Positions 18,619 to 28,292 of a stretch of DNA of 64,000 nucleotides are shown piece after piece. The stretch comes from an uncultured Planctomycetota bacterium (GTDB taxonomy: Bacteria; Planctomycetota; Phycisphaerae; Tepidisphaerales; Tepidisphaeraceae), in contig CAWJEN010000003.1 of assembly GCA_963841915.1 (NCBI GenBank), positions 209,024-273,023 on the forward strand, in the 5' to 3' direction. Under the pieces are notes generated by a model. It ran no database searches, was not told the DNA's origin, and saw nothing but the letters and a program-made list of their open reading frames with translations. Position 1 is the first letter of the stretch, and the number at the start of each line of letters is the position of its first letter. A program made the translations under genes and the position numbers.

Positions 18619-19815
18619 TCAGAGCGACTGGATGAAGGCCTCGACCCTGTCGAGGCCTTTATCGATCTGCTCCATGCTCGTGGCGAAGCTGAGCCGGACG
18701 TTCGTCTCGTAGCCGCTGTCATTGCCGGGAACGACGGCAACGTGCTTCTCCTCGAGCAGTTTCGCCGAGAAGCCGACGGCGTCGTCGACGCCTGCCTTGG
18801 CAAAGTGCGCCGAGACGTCGGGGAAGCAGTAGAACGCCCCGCGCGGCTGAATACAGGTGACGCCCGGCATCGAGGACAGCCGCTCATACATGTGACGGCC
18901 ACGCTTTTCGAACTGCTGACGCATTTGCTCGACCGCCTCGCCGCCGCGAGGATCGCTCAGCGCGGCAACGGCGGCCGGTTGGCAGAAGCTCGTGACGTGG
19001 CTGTTGATCTGACCCTGCAGCTTGTTCATTGCCTTAATGATGTGCGTCGGCCCACCGGCGTAGCCGAGTCGCCAGCCGGTCATGGCAAAGCTCTTGCTGT
19101 GGCAGTTGAAGGTAATCGCCCTGTCGAGCAGCTCCGGCCGCAGTGAAGCGATGCTGGCCGTCTCCTGCCCGTCGTACAGAAGCTTCTCGTAGATCTCGTC
19201 GGAGAAGACGACCACGTGATCATGCTTGGCCAACACGTCAGCCAAACCTTGCAGCTCGCTCGGCGTGTAACAGTTGCCCGCCGGGTTGCTCGGCGAATTG
19301 AGCATCACGACCTTCGTTCTGGGCGTGATGGCGGCATCAAGCTGTTCGGGCGTGATCTTGTAATCAGCCGCTGCCTCGGCCTTGACGATAACCGGCACCC
19401 CGCCCGCCAGCTTGGCCTGCTCCGGGTAGCTGACCCAGTACGGTGCGGGAATGACCACCTCGTCGCCGTCGTTGAGCAGGGCGATGCAGGCGAAGTAGAG
19501 GACACCCTTTCCACCCGGGCCGACACAGATTTGGTCGGGCGTGTAATCGAGGCCGTTGTCCCGCTTGAATTTGTTGACGATCGCCTGCTTGAGCTCCGGA
19601 ATGCACGGATTGGGCGTGTACTTCGTCATGCCGGCGTCGATCGCCTGCTTGGCGGCTTCTTTGACGAAATCAGGCGTGTCGAAGTCGGGCTCGCCTGCGC
19701 CGAAGCTGACGACATCGACGCCGCTGGCTTTGAGTGCCTTGGCCTTGGACGTGACGGCCAGGGTGATGGAAGGGGCGACGCGATTGGAGCGATCCGACAG
19801 TTCAATCTTGCTCAT
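18619..19815 (-). CDS. aspC: PLP-dependent class I aminotransferase (aspartate aminotransferase-like)
   Basis: GAGEPDFDTP, PYWVSY, NSPSNP, SDEIYE, SKSFAMTGWRLGY, GAFY, RLSFA. Confidence 0.88.
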   Translation of the reverse strand: MSKIELSDRSNRVAPSITLAVTSKAKALKASGVDVVSFGAGEPDFDTPDFVKEAAKQAIDAGMTKYTPNPCIPELKQAIVNKFKRDNGLDYTPDQICVGPGGKGVLYFACIALLNDGDEVVIPAPYWVSYPEQAKLAGGVPVIVKAEAAADYKITPEQLDAAITPRTKVVMLNSPSNPAGNCYTPSELQGLADVLAKHDHVVVFSDEIYEKLLYDGQETASIASLRPELLDRAITFNCHSKSFAMTGWRLGYAGGPTHIIKAMNKLQGQINSHVTSFCQPAAVAALSDPRGGEAVEQMRQQFEKRGRHMYERLSSMPGVTCIQPRGAFYCFPDVSAHFAKAGVDDAVGFSAKLLEEKHVAVVPGNDSGYETNVRLSFATSMEQIDKGLDRVEAFIQSL

Positions 19816-19833
19816 TGCCGCAGCGTACGCGGC

Positions 19834-20205
19834 TCAGGCGGCAAGGCTGCAGGTCTCCGGGAGCGTGGCAAAAGGCCGCCACCACGCCGGCTGCGGATGC
19901 CGCTCGGGCACGACAGGCGTGTCGAGCCGGTGCACGTCGGTCAGATGCCAAGCCCAGCCGTCCGACGTTGCGGTGCAGTGCGTGACGGTGGCCACGCCCA
20001 CAAGAACGCCGATCGGTAGGTCGCCGATCTCGCACTCGATCTTCTCAAACTCGTCGGCCGGGCCCGGCGTCTTAGCAGCGTAGATGTAGAACGGCTGCCC
20101 CAGCACCGCCGTCGGCCGGTTCCGGAATTCGGCCGTCTTGACACCCAGCAGAATCTGCTCGGCGTACGGCTGGCGGATACTCAACGCTCGAGTCGGCGGC
20201 TTCAC
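19834..20205 (-). CDS. ASCH domain protein
   Basis: ALSIRQPYA..I..G.KT.E.R ASCH signature. Confidence 0.82.
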   Translation of the reverse strand: MKPPTRALSIRQPYAEQILLGVKTAEFRNRPTAVLGQPFYIYAAKTPGPADEFEKIECEIGDLPIGVLVGVATVTHCTATSDGWAWHLTDVHRLDTPVVPERHPQPAWWRPFATLPETCSLAA

Positions 20206-20281
20206 AGTGTCTGTATCGGCAAATCGGGTGCCTTCCTGTGCAACCGCACAGCGTGGATCGATGACAAGAACAACCAGCGGA

Positions 20282-20314
20282 CCCGAGCCGTGGTCCCACG
20301 GACCGCGGCTCGGG
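20282..20314 (-). terminator. Strong 15-bp hairpin downstream of serA (terminator or REP-like palindrome)
   Basis: CCCGAGCCGTGGTCC-CAC-GGACCGCGGCTCGGG with one non-WC pair; no clear U-tract. Confidence 0.5.
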
Positions 20315-20335
20315 GCGTTACTTGCAACTGATACG

Positions 20336-21973
20336 TCAGTTGCTGTGCAGCGGAGGCAGCGTTACGCGCGCAACGCGACGGATGTTGGCCCGGTTACGCA
20401 AGCTGTCGAGCAAATCGCTCGGCGGGGCGGCGTCGACCTTGAGCACCATCAACGCACGCGGCCCGGCATTCGTGTCGGCGCGGCTGATCACCATGTCGGC
20501 GATGTTGATGCCCGCGTCGCCGAAGGCCTGTCCGACGGCACCGATCACGCCCGGCTGGTCGTCGTTCTCGATCAGCACGATCTCACCAGCTGGCACGAAA
20601 TCCATCTCGAATTGGTCGATGCGAAGCACGCGTGGCTTGCCGTCGGCGTAGGCGGTGCCGAGCAGGCGGTGACTTTCGCCGCCGTCACCGGCCGAGGCGC
20701 GGACGCCGACAATGTCACCGACGAGCCCGTGCGGCGGCGAGTTCTCACGCACGCCGACAAGGTCGATGCCGCGTTCACTGGCGGCCTGCTCCACGTTGAC
20801 GACATTCGTCGAGCCGTCAAGTGCCGGCGCGAGCAGTTCGACGGCGGCGAGGCGCTTGAGCGTCTCGAGGTTCTTGCCCCCACGCTCGCCGCTGACGCGA
20901 ACGGTGACGGTCTTGAACCCACCTCCGCCAAAGAAGGCGGTAAGCAGCTTGCCCTGCCGGGATGCGAGGTCAGCCAATGCAGCCTCGTCTGGCGGCAAGT
21001 CGAGCTTCACGCCGCTCAGGTTGACCGCTCCGTGGATTTCACCCCGCTTGAAATAGGCGACGAGCGCCCGGCAAGCCTCGACGCTCACAGCCGTCTGGGC
21101 CTCGTCCGTCTGAGCACCGAGGTGCGGCGTCAGCACGATATTGTCGAGTCCGAACAGCGGGTGATCGGCGGGTGGTGGTTCTTTCTCGAAGACGTCAAGG
21201 GCAGCGCCGGCGATGCGGCCGGACTTAACCGCTTCGGCCAAGGCATACTCGTCGACCACTTCGCCGCGGGAGTCGTTGACAACGAGCAGGCCAGGCTTGG
21301 CAACGTCGTTTAGCCGGCGCTTGTCGAGCAAGTGCTTCGTATCGCCGCCGCCCGGGACGTGGAAGGTGATGACGTCGAGCTTCGCCAGGAAGTCGTCGAA
21401 GTCACCGACGATGCGGACTTTGCCGTCGCAGGCGGTTTCGCCCTTGAAATACGGGTCGTAGCCGACCACGGTCATCTCCATGGCCAGGGCGCGAAGGGCG
21501 ACGGTCTGGCCGATGCGACCGAGGCCGACGATGCCGAGTGTCTTGCCGGCGAGCTGCGTGCCCTGGTACTGGGCCTTCTTCCATTGGCCACTCTTGACGT
21601 GAGCGTCAGCACCGGGGATTTTGCGGGCGAGCGCGTACATGAGGGCAATGGCGTGCTCTGCCGTGCTGAGCGTGCTGGCGGCGGCGGTGTTGACGACGAG
21701 GATGCCTTTGGCCGTCGCAGCGTCGAGGTCGATGTTGTCGACACCCACGCCCGCCCGTGCGACGGCGCGGAGCTTGCCGGGATTCTCGAGCACCTTGGCC
21801 GTCACCTTGGCCGCCGATCGGACGGCCAAGCCGTCGTAATCCTTCACCGCCTCAGCCAGCTCATCTTCCTTGAGCCCGATCTTGACGTCGTAGGAAACGC
21901 CCTCATCATCGAGAAGTTGGAGCCCTTCTTCGGCAAGTTTGTCGGCAATCAGAATCTTCATGTCGTCGGCCAT
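20336..21973 (-). CDS. serA: D-3-phosphoglycerate dehydrogenase (long type, ASB + ACT domains)
   Basis: RAGVGVDNID, STAEH, GLGRIG, FHVP, SRGE, ALDVFEKEP, TPHLGA, NDDQPGVIG...GINIA. Confidence 0.95.
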   Translation of the reverse strand: MADDMKILIADKLAEEGLQLLDDEGVSYDVKIGLKEDELAEAVKDYDGLAVRSAAKVTAKVLENPGKLRAVARAGVGVDNIDLDAATAKGILVVNTAAASTLSTAEHAIALMYALARKIPGADAHVKSGQWKKAQYQGTQLAGKTLGIVGLGRIGQTVALRALAMEMTVVGYDPYFKGETACDGKVRIVGDFDDFLAKLDVITFHVPGGGDTKHLLDKRRLNDVAKPGLLVVNDSRGEVVDEYALAEAVKSGRIAGAALDVFEKEPPPADHPLFGLDNIVLTPHLGAQTDEAQTAVSVEACRALVAYFKRGEIHGAVNLSGVKLDLPPDEAALADLASRQGKLLTAFFGGGGFKTVTVRVSGERGGKNLETLKRLAAVELLAPALDGSTNVVNVEQAASERGIDLVGVRENSPPHGLVGDIVGVRASAGDGGESHRLLGTAYADGKPRVLRIDQFEMDFVPAGEIVLIENDDQPGVIGAVGQAFGDAGINIADMVISRADTNAGPRALMVLKVDAAPPSDLLDSLRNRANIRRVARVTLPPLHSN

Positions 21974-22923
21974 AGGTCGCCACCATAGTCAACTTGACGC
22001 TGCCGCTCGGCCTTCCAGCGTGCTGCGGCAATTCGCACCGTCTGGGCGTGCAGCTGAGCCGTCATCGGCCGGTTCTTGTGATACCCGCCGCCGTAGAGCA
22101 CACAGACCGGAACATCCCAGTCACGACACAAGCCGATGACCCGCTCGTCTCTGCACCGCAGGTCGCTCGTCGAGAGCTTCATCTGCCCGAATCGATCCTC
22201 CTCGTGCGGGTCGACGCCCGCGATGTAGAAGACGATGTCGGGCTCGAACCGCTCGATGGCAGCCGGTAGCGTCCGTTCCATCGCCTCCCGATACGCCTCT
22301 GCCGACGCCCACCGGTCCAGAGGCACGTCAAGATCCCCCGGCACCTTGATCGACGGGTAGTTTTTGCCCACGTGCAGCGAGTATGTGAAGGTCAGCGGAT
22401 CCATGGCGAACAGGTCGTGCGTGCCGTTGCCCTGATGAGCATCGAGGTCCGCGACAAACACGTGCAGCAATGGCTCGTCATGCCGCAGCGCTCCAATGGC
22501 AACGGCGACGTCGTTGAAGACGCAGAATCCCTGGCCGCTGTCAGCAAAGGCGTGATGCGTTCCACCGGCAAGGTTGCACGCGATGCCGTCCGTCATGGCC
22601 GTGCGTGCCGCGGCGAGCGTGGCTGCAACGGCACAGTGGCTGCGGACGCTGAGCGCTTCAGACGGTGGCAGGCCGAGCTTCTTCTCCGTGATGCCGTAGA
22701 AACGACCGCTGCGGATCGAGTTGACGTAGCGGGGCGTGTGGACGCGAAACAGGTCGCGGTCGCTGATGAGGCCCGGATCGATCAGCCGGTCGGCTGCAAC
22801 GGTGCCGTCGGCTCTTAACGCATCACGCGACTGCTTGAACTTCTCCATCGGGAAAACATGCCCCGGTGGCAATGGGACGTCGTACCGCTCGCTTGTGTAA
22901 CACGCGATCGTCGACGGCTGCAC
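21958..22923 (-). CDS. Histone deacetylase-like Zn-dependent deacylase
   Basis: GHVFPMEKF, GGTHHA, GFCVFND, DLDAHQGNG, GVDP, GGGY. Start GTG 22923 chosen from TATCAT at 22934-22929. Confidence 0.9.
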   Translation of the reverse strand: MQPSTIACYTSERYDVPLPPGHVFPMEKFKQSRDALRADGTVAADRLIDPGLISDRDLFRVHTPRYVNSIRSGRFYGITEKKLGLPPSEALSVRSHCAVAATLAAARTAMTDGIACNLAGGTHHAFADSGQGFCVFNDVAVAIGALRHDEPLLHVFVADLDAHQGNGTHDLFAMDPLTFTYSLHVGKNYPSIKVPGDLDVPLDRWASAEAYREAMERTLPAAIERFEPDIVFYIAGVDPHEEDRFGQMKLSTSDLRCRDERVIGLCRDWDVPVCVLYGGGYHKNRPMTAQLHAQTVRIAAARWKAERQRQVDYGGDLWPTT

Positions 22924-22974
22924 GTCGAATGATACGTCCAGGGTCAGCAAAGCCGACGTGGAGCAGCTACGCAC

Positions 22975-23535
22975 TCAGCCGCGAATGGCGATGAACAGCA
23001 GCACGCCAGCGGCATTGGCGAGGGTGACCAGCGCCACCTTGCCCACCGCCTGGCGGCCGTTGTCGCTGAGTCGCGAGAAAGGCTGGTTCATCCAAGCAAG
23101 CGGCATGGCCCACATCGGCAGCGCCTGCTCTTGAGTCGCCGGCTGCTCCTCCATCGCCACGTCGGCCGTGATGGGCAGTTCCACCAGATCAGGCACGCCC
23201 GCCAGCGGATCGTCGGCGTCGTCAGGATCAAAGGCCAGCGGGTCCGGCTCCAGGTCAAGCTCCGCACCGACAGCCGCTGCGGCTTCATTGGCGGGAGCGT
23301 CCATGTCGCCGCGAAGCAGGGCGTCGAGGTCGCTGTCAGCAGCAGGTATCTCTACGGCTTCTTCCGAGTTACTGCCGAGCATGCGGTCGATGGCATCGTC
23401 GGCCATAGCTGCAATGAGATCGTCGGCGTCGCCTTGCTCCATCGCGTCCGGCTCCTCACCCACCGCAGCGGCAAGCGCCTCATCGAGCGGGTCGCGGAGC
23501 AGGGCGTTATCGGTATGGGTGGCTGCGTCGGTCAT
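22975..23535 (-). CDS. Hypothetical acidic protein with C-terminal TM anchor
   Basis: Asp/Glu/Ala-rich low-complexity body with short helices, then W.N.PF and a terminal hydrophobic helix. Confidence 0.65.
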   Translation of the reverse strand: MTDAATHTDNALLRDPLDEALAAAVGEEPDAMEQGDADDLIAAMADDAIDRMLGSNSEEAVEIPAADSDLDALLRGDMDAPANEAAAAVGAELDLEPDPLAFDPDDADDPLAGVPDLVELPITADVAMEEQPATQEQALPMWAMPLAWMNQPFSRLSDNGRQAVGKVALVTLANAAGVLLFIAIRG

Positions 23536-23654
23536 CGTCGTGGGAGCTGAACCCGCAGGTGGCACGGGTGCTTAGACTTCCAATTCGTCTCGCCACTCAG
23601 CGAGTCTCACTCAGCTTACCGGACGATGCCGTTCTGACGAAACAGCCGCATTAA

Positions 23655-23681
23655 CAAAGCCGCGACTCATCGAGCCGCGGC
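23655..23681 (-). terminator. Probable intrinsic terminator
   Basis: Minus strand GCCGCGGCTC-GAT-GAGTCGCGGC-TTTGTT about 30 nt after the stop at 23710. Confidence 0.6.
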
Positions 23682-23709
23682 ATGCAGGTTGTTTAGATTT
23701 CAGGGACAA

Positions 23710-24843
23710 TCAGACGCCGACAAGTTCACGGATGCGGTCGATGCCGATCAGCAGCACACCGGCCGCCGCACCGGCAAGGACGAGAAGGGCCGTGATCCAG
23801 CCCCAAGGCAATCGCTTTAGCAGGCCCCACGTCGTCGGCGTGCGATCGAGATTGAAGGCCGTCGCGAGCTCGCCGGTCGTCAAGAGCGCGTCCCCGCCGT
23901 CGGAGGCGTCACCCTTGCGCACGTGCCTGGCCTGCGGGCGTGGCGTCGAGGCGGGCTTGCCGGGCGTACGCGAAACGACCCGCTTTGCAGAGCCCGGATG
24001 CGTGACGGCTCGACCGAGTTCGGTGCTGACGGATGCCAGCCGCTTTCCGGTGCCGCGTTCGCGAGTCGGTTGCGTCTTTTCCTGAGCTTTATCTGAAGTT
24101 TGGGCGGTGTTATTGGTGGCCAGGACGCCGAGGCTTTCGCTGGTCTCGGCGGCTTCGAGTTGCTGGTCGGGGTTGCCGGGCGGCTCGATGAGTGCACCGC
24201 AGTAGAGGCAGAAATCGTCGGGGTCTTCGCCCGCATCGACGCGGGGCAATTGACGATTGCAGTTCCAGCACAGCCCGAACATGTGCGCAAGACCGCGGAT
24301 GCGGGCGGCGTAGGTCCACATTTGCCGCGTTGTTGGGCCGCGCACGATGCTGTCTGGGCTGATCGTGCCGCCCTTGGTCAGCTCGCGCAGGACGCTGAAC
24401 TTCATGCCCGGTGCGTGCGGGTTGCCAGTTGAGCGAACGAACCAGGGGCCGACCCGGCGGACGGTGGCCGAGCGGGTGCCGTCGGTATCGGTCATGCCAC
24501 AAGCTGGGCACGGTGCTCGGCCGTCGCGGTTGCGTGAGCCGCAGAACGGGCAAATGTGTCCGCCGAGTCGCTGGCGAAGCTCGTCGGGCTTGGGCACCTG
24601 TTGGCGGTTGGGCGATCGAGGCCCGGCATTCAGCGAGGTTTGCTCGGCTTTGACCTCGGTCAGCTCGTAGGCCTCGGCAACGGGTGCTCCGTTCATCTCG
24701 GCCGTTGGAACGGGATCGACCTGTGCAGGAACATCCTTCTGCCCGTTGCCGTTGACGGGAGGTACGCCGTCTGGAGCGCGACGCCTGGAGGCGGACCGCT
24801 TGCGCGTGGCGTCGAGGTCGGGCTTGTCCGAACGGGCCGGCAT
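23710..24843 (-). CDS. Hypothetical protein with two Zn-ribbons flanking a GYF_2-like motif, C-terminal TM
   Basis: CPFC..CPAC, 'GPWFV...G.I.PDSIVRGPTT.Q.W..A', CWNC..CLYC, terminal TM. Confidence 0.7.
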   Translation of the reverse strand: MPARSDKPDLDATRKRSASRRRAPDGVPPVNGNGQKDVPAQVDPVPTAEMNGAPVAEAYELTEVKAEQTSLNAGPRSPNRQQVPKPDELRQRLGGHICPFCGSRNRDGRAPCPACGMTDTDGTRSATVRRVGPWFVRSTGNPHAPGMKFSVLRELTKGGTISPDSIVRGPTTRQMWTYAARIRGLAHMFGLCWNCNRQLPRVDAGEDPDDFCLYCGALIEPPGNPDQQLEAAETSESLGVLATNNTAQTSDKAQEKTQPTRERGTGKRLASVSTELGRAVTHPGSAKRVVSRTPGKPASTPRPQARHVRKGDASDGGDALLTTGELATAFNLDRTPTTWGLLKRLPWGWITALLVLAGAAAGVLLIGIDRIRELVGV

Positions 24844-25018
24844 AGGAAGCAGTGGGTGCGGGTCGAGGCCGTTGAGGCTGGTTAGCAAGGTAGCACGTCC
24901 GTTCCGTCTGCGAAATACCGATGACCGTCACAACCGTCATCGGCACGATCACGCCGCGGGTGGGGCAGGTCACCATGTCCGGTAAGTCAGGCTTCCGGCA
25001 CGGTGATAGGGTGGGCAC

Positions 25019-26281
25019 ATGTCCGAAGTAGACGACGTTACCGTACGCGCTGCACGCACGGACGAAATCGAACGTATTGCCCGCCTACGCGCACGCTGCT
25101 ATCGCGACAGCTACGCCAAGGAGTCTGGCATCCTCGAATCGACGCGAAACGACCGGGCCGATTTTGCCGCGGGCGACGTGCTGCTGACCGAGCTAGGTGG
25201 CCGAGACGTCGCGACGGCAACGTCATTCCGAGGCGACATGAACGTCCGAGGCACCCGCCTCTCGTGCCAAGGCGTTGCGTGGGTCGGGACGACCCACGAC
25301 GCAAGACGAGGGGCAGGTGTGGCATCGGTTACCATGAAACGGATGCTCGAACTCGCCCGCGAGCGTGGCGACGTGCTGTCGGCATTATGCCCCTTCAGGG
25401 CCAGCTACTACGAGCACTTCGGGTACGGCCTGAGCGAACGGCGGATGGTCTGGAGCGTGCCGACAAACGTCCTGCCGACGGGTGATGCGACGTCCTTTCG
25501 CTTCGTCGAGCCCGACGACGAAGCCATGATCGCGAAGCTGGCAGAGGTACGCGTGAGGCAATTTGAGCACGCCCGGCTCGGACACGGCGACATGCTGTTC
25601 CCCAAGGCCGACCACAGCGGCGTGAAGTTCTGGATCGACCACTACAAGCAGCACGGCTACGTCTTTGCGGATTTAGGCCCGGACGGCAGCGTGCGCGGTT
25701 GGATCGGAACCGAACCCTTCAATAACGGCAAGCAGACGTGCCTCGACGCCCAGCACATGGTCTTCGACACCCCCGACGGTTTCATGCGCCAGTTGCACTT
25801 CCTGGCGACGCTGAAGGACCAGTACGGCATGATCGAGTTCGTGACGCCCGCTGATCGGCCGATTCATCTGCTGCTGCGTGAGACGCAATTACCGCACCGC
25901 CATGTCGAGCATCCTCACGCGACGACCAAGATGCGGGCCCGGAACCAGGTGCGCATCCTCGATCACGTCAAGACGCTCAGCGAGCCGGCGTGGCCGAACC
26001 CGGATCGCGCAGGCGGCTGTGTCGTGCGGGTCCACGAGACCGAAGGTCACGCCACCACGCTTCGGATCGACGTCAGCGACGGCCGCTGCGAGGCGAAGCT
26101 GACGGACGCGTCGCCTGACTTTGAGTGTGCCGACAAGGTCTGGGCCCCAATCATCCTCGGCGAGCTGCGTGCCCCGTGGGCGGCGACGCACGGTCTGGCG
26201 ACTGGGCACACCGCAGAGGCAGTGGCCATGCTCGATGACTTCTCGCGCGGACCGATCCCGTTTTGCCGCGAGTACTACTGA
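25019..26281 (+). CDS. Eis-like GNAT acetyltransferase (two GNAT domains + SCP2-like domain)
   Basis: GVAWVGT..ARRG.GVA, SALCPFRASYYEHFGYG, VRILD, about 420 aa ending PFCREYY. Confidence 0.85.
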   Translation: MSEVDDVTVRAARTDEIERIARLRARCYRDSYAKESGILESTRNDRADFAAGDVLLTELGGRDVATATSFRGDMNVRGTRLSCQGVAWVGTTHDARRGAGVASVTMKRMLELARERGDVLSALCPFRASYYEHFGYGLSERRMVWSVPTNVLPTGDATSFRFVEPDDEAMIAKLAEVRVRQFEHARLGHGDMLFPKADHSGVKFWIDHYKQHGYVFADLGPDGSVRGWIGTEPFNNGKQTCLDAQHMVFDTPDGFMRQLHFLATLKDQYGMIEFVTPADRPIHLLLRETQLPHRHVEHPHATTKMRARNQVRILDHVKTLSEPAWPNPDRAGGCVVRVHETEGHATTLRIDVSDGRCEAKLTDASPDFECADKVWAPIILGELRAPWAATHGLATGHTAEAVAMLDDFSRGPIPFCREYY

Positions 26282-26311
26282 CCCGCAACGGGCGTGGACC
26301 TGCCGCTCTAA

Positions 26312-26327
26312 GGTTCCACGTGGAACA
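26312..26327. promoter_or_regulatory. parS: parS centromere-like site (15/16 match)
   Basis: GGTTCCACGTGGAACA (reverse strand TGTTCCACGTGGAACC) matches the widespread parS palindrome. Confidence 0.75.
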
Positions 26328-26862
26328 TTGGCGAGACGAACTGGAACGCCTGATCGAAGCGACGAAGGGACCGACCTTCCTGACGCTGGCGACGACGGAT
26401 CGCACGGGCGTGCCGTCGGCTCGCATGCTCGTGCTGCGTGGCATCGATCCGCAGGGCCGCCTGCTCATGTGCAGCGACGCCCGCAGTTGCAAGAATGACG
26501 AGCTACGTGATGATCCGCGGGCGGCAGCACTGTTCTGGTTTAACGACGCCCGCACCCAATTTCGGCTACAGGGCATGGTCGAGATCCTCAGCCGCACTCA
26601 CATCGCCCACCTGCAGGTCTGGCGAGAGCTGAGCGACTCAGCCAGAGCACTCTTTACCTGGCCGGACCCGGGAGCCGACCGGGCGGAAGTCGGAGCATTC
26701 GCCACAGCCGTTCCAGCCGAGGCCGCTGTGCCTGAGTCGTTCGAGGTGCTTTGCCTGGATCCGCAGGAGATCGACTACCTGAACCTCAGCGAGCACCCGC
26801 ATGTGAGACGGCTGTGGGATGTCCACGATGAGCTGTCATACCCGACGGATGTGAACCCTTGA
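26320..26862 (+). CDS. Pyridoxamine 5'-phosphate oxidase-related FMN-binding protein
   Basis: LAT...PSARMLVLRG, DARS.K, LFWF...QFRLQG, DYLNL..H.R. Start GTG 26320 follows TAAGGT at 26309-26314. Confidence 0.85.
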   Translation: MEHWRDELERLIEATKGPTFLTLATTDRTGVPSARMLVLRGIDPQGRLLMCSDARSCKNDELRDDPRAAALFWFNDARTQFRLQGMVEILSRTHIAHLQVWRELSDSARALFTWPDPGADRAEVGAFATAVPAEAAVPESFEVLCLDPQEIDYLNLSEHPHVRRLWDVHDELSYPTDVNP

Positions 26863-26886
26863 CAGCGGGCGGCCTACCCTGCCGCC

Positions 26887-27255
26887 TTGCGCTTTCTCCT
26901 TTACGGTCATCTTGACGCTGCGGCTCCTGCTTTGATGGAGGCGGGTCACAAGGCTGTCATGCCGGCCGATCTCGAGGTGCCCGAGGACGCGACGCCGCGC
27001 CAGGTGTTGGAAATGGCCCGCAAGAACCAGGTCGAGCTCATCGTCGACAGTCGTCAGGTACTCGACAGCATGCTGCACGAAAGCGGCAGGCCCGAGACCT
27101 TCGGCCGCACGCTCGTCTTCTTCCGTGAGGTCGACGCCGGTGAGGCCGTCCAGCGCCTGGTCGCCCGGCACAAGCGGCTCAACGCCGGTCGCCTGTACAC
27201 AGTCACGGCCAGCAGCGTCAAGGTCAGTCAGCTCCCGACCGCGGGACCCGTTTAG
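26887..27255 (+). CDS. Hypothetical protein
   Basis: Fills the gap, has plausible codon usage and TACCCT 6 nt upstream; MRFLL...L...GH...A...IVD weakly recalls PIN/DUF5615-like N-termini. Confidence 0.6.
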   Translation: MRFLLYGHLDAAAPALMEAGHKAVMPADLEVPEDATPRQVLEMARKNQVELIVDSRQVLDSMLHESGRPETFGRTLVFFREVDAGEAVQRLVARHKRLNAGRLYTVTASSVKVSQLPTAGPV

Positions 27256-27275
27256 CCTCAACTTCTCAGAACTAC

Positions 27276-28205
27276 ATGTCACTTCTCGTTACCGGCAGCC
27301 TCGGCATTGACACCATTGAAACCCCCGCGGGTCGTCGCGACAACGTCATCGGCGGCAGCGCGACGTACTTCGCCTACGGGGCCAGCTTCTTCACACCCGT
27401 ACGCCTCGTCGGGGCTGTTGGTGAAGATTGGCCGACGGACATGAAGAGTGTCTACGAGGGTCGCCCGGTAGACCTTGAGGGACTCGAAGTCCGCAAGGGC
27501 AGCAAGTCGTTCCGCTGGCACGGCAGCTACGTCGATGACATGAACAACGCAGAGTCGGTCCAGACCGACCTGAACATCCTCGCAGAGGCTGCACCCAAGA
27601 TCCCAGACAGCTACCTCGACAGCGAGTACGTGTTCCTGGCCAACACGCACCCGGCATTGCAGGCGGACATGCTGAGCAAGCTCAAAAACGTCAAGCTCAG
27701 CGTCGCCGACACGATGAACTTGTGGATCAGCGAGTTCAACGACGACCTCCGCAAGCTGCTCAAGCTCATCGACGGCCTCGTACTCAACGACGGCGAAGCC
27801 AAGCTGCTGACGGGGGAGAAGAACATGGTCAAAGCAGCCGGTGAGGTCTTGAAGATGGGGCCGAAGTTCGTCGTCATCAAGAAGGGCGAGCACGGCTGCC
27901 TGATGGCGTGGAAGGATCAAGACGCCTCGACGCCGACCGATCTGCAGACGTTCGTCCTGCCGGCCTACCCGACGGACAAGGTCATCGACCCGACCGGTGC
28001 CGGCGACACGTTCGCCAGCGGCATGATGGGTTACCTCGCCACGCAATCATCGCTCTCGCCCGCGACCATTAAGCGGGCCCTCGCTTTCGGCACCGTCACC
28101 GCGAGCTACACGATTGCCGACTTCAGCCTCGACGGCCTGAAGGCGACCAGCCGCGAGCAGATCGACAGCCGGTACGAAAAGCTCAAGGCCGCGATGAGCT
28201 TCTGA
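27276..28205 (+). CDS. PfkB/ribokinase-family carbohydrate kinase
   Basis: GGSATY, DTMNLWI, NDGEA, KKGEHG, DPTGAGDTF. Confidence 0.92.
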   Translation: MSLLVTGSLGIDTIETPAGRRDNVIGGSATYFAYGASFFTPVRLVGAVGEDWPTDMKSVYEGRPVDLEGLEVRKGSKSFRWHGSYVDDMNNAESVQTDLNILAEAAPKIPDSYLDSEYVFLANTHPALQADMLSKLKNVKLSVADTMNLWISEFNDDLRKLLKLIDGLVLNDGEAKLLTGEKNMVKAAGEVLKMGPKFVVIKKGEHGCLMAWKDQDASTPTDLQTFVLPAYPTDKVIDPTGAGDTFASGMMGYLATQSSLSPATIKRALAFGTVTASYTIADFSLDGLKATSREQIDSRYEKLKAAMSF

Positions 28206-28276
28206 GCGCCTGGCAAGCTTTCATGCGCTGCGCCGCGGCGGCCGAATGAGCTTCGGGATCGGCCGGGGGGTCAACA

Positions 28277-28292
28277 TGTTCCACGTGGAACA
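28277..28292. promoter_or_regulatory. parS: parS centromere-like site (perfect palindrome)
   Basis: TGTTCCACGTGGAACA (18-bp palindrome with flanking A/T) in the largest intergenic gap of the window. Confidence 0.85.

Noticed and set aside
23575..23645. CTGA..GA / GAAAC-like words suggestive of a hammerhead ribozyme
   Set aside because: Core nucleotides and stems I-III cannot be assembled on either strand.
26859..26864. Perfect TTGACA upstream of 26887
   Set aside because: Only 10 nt from the TACCCT hexamer and overlaps the previous stop codon; spacing is incompatible with a -35 element.
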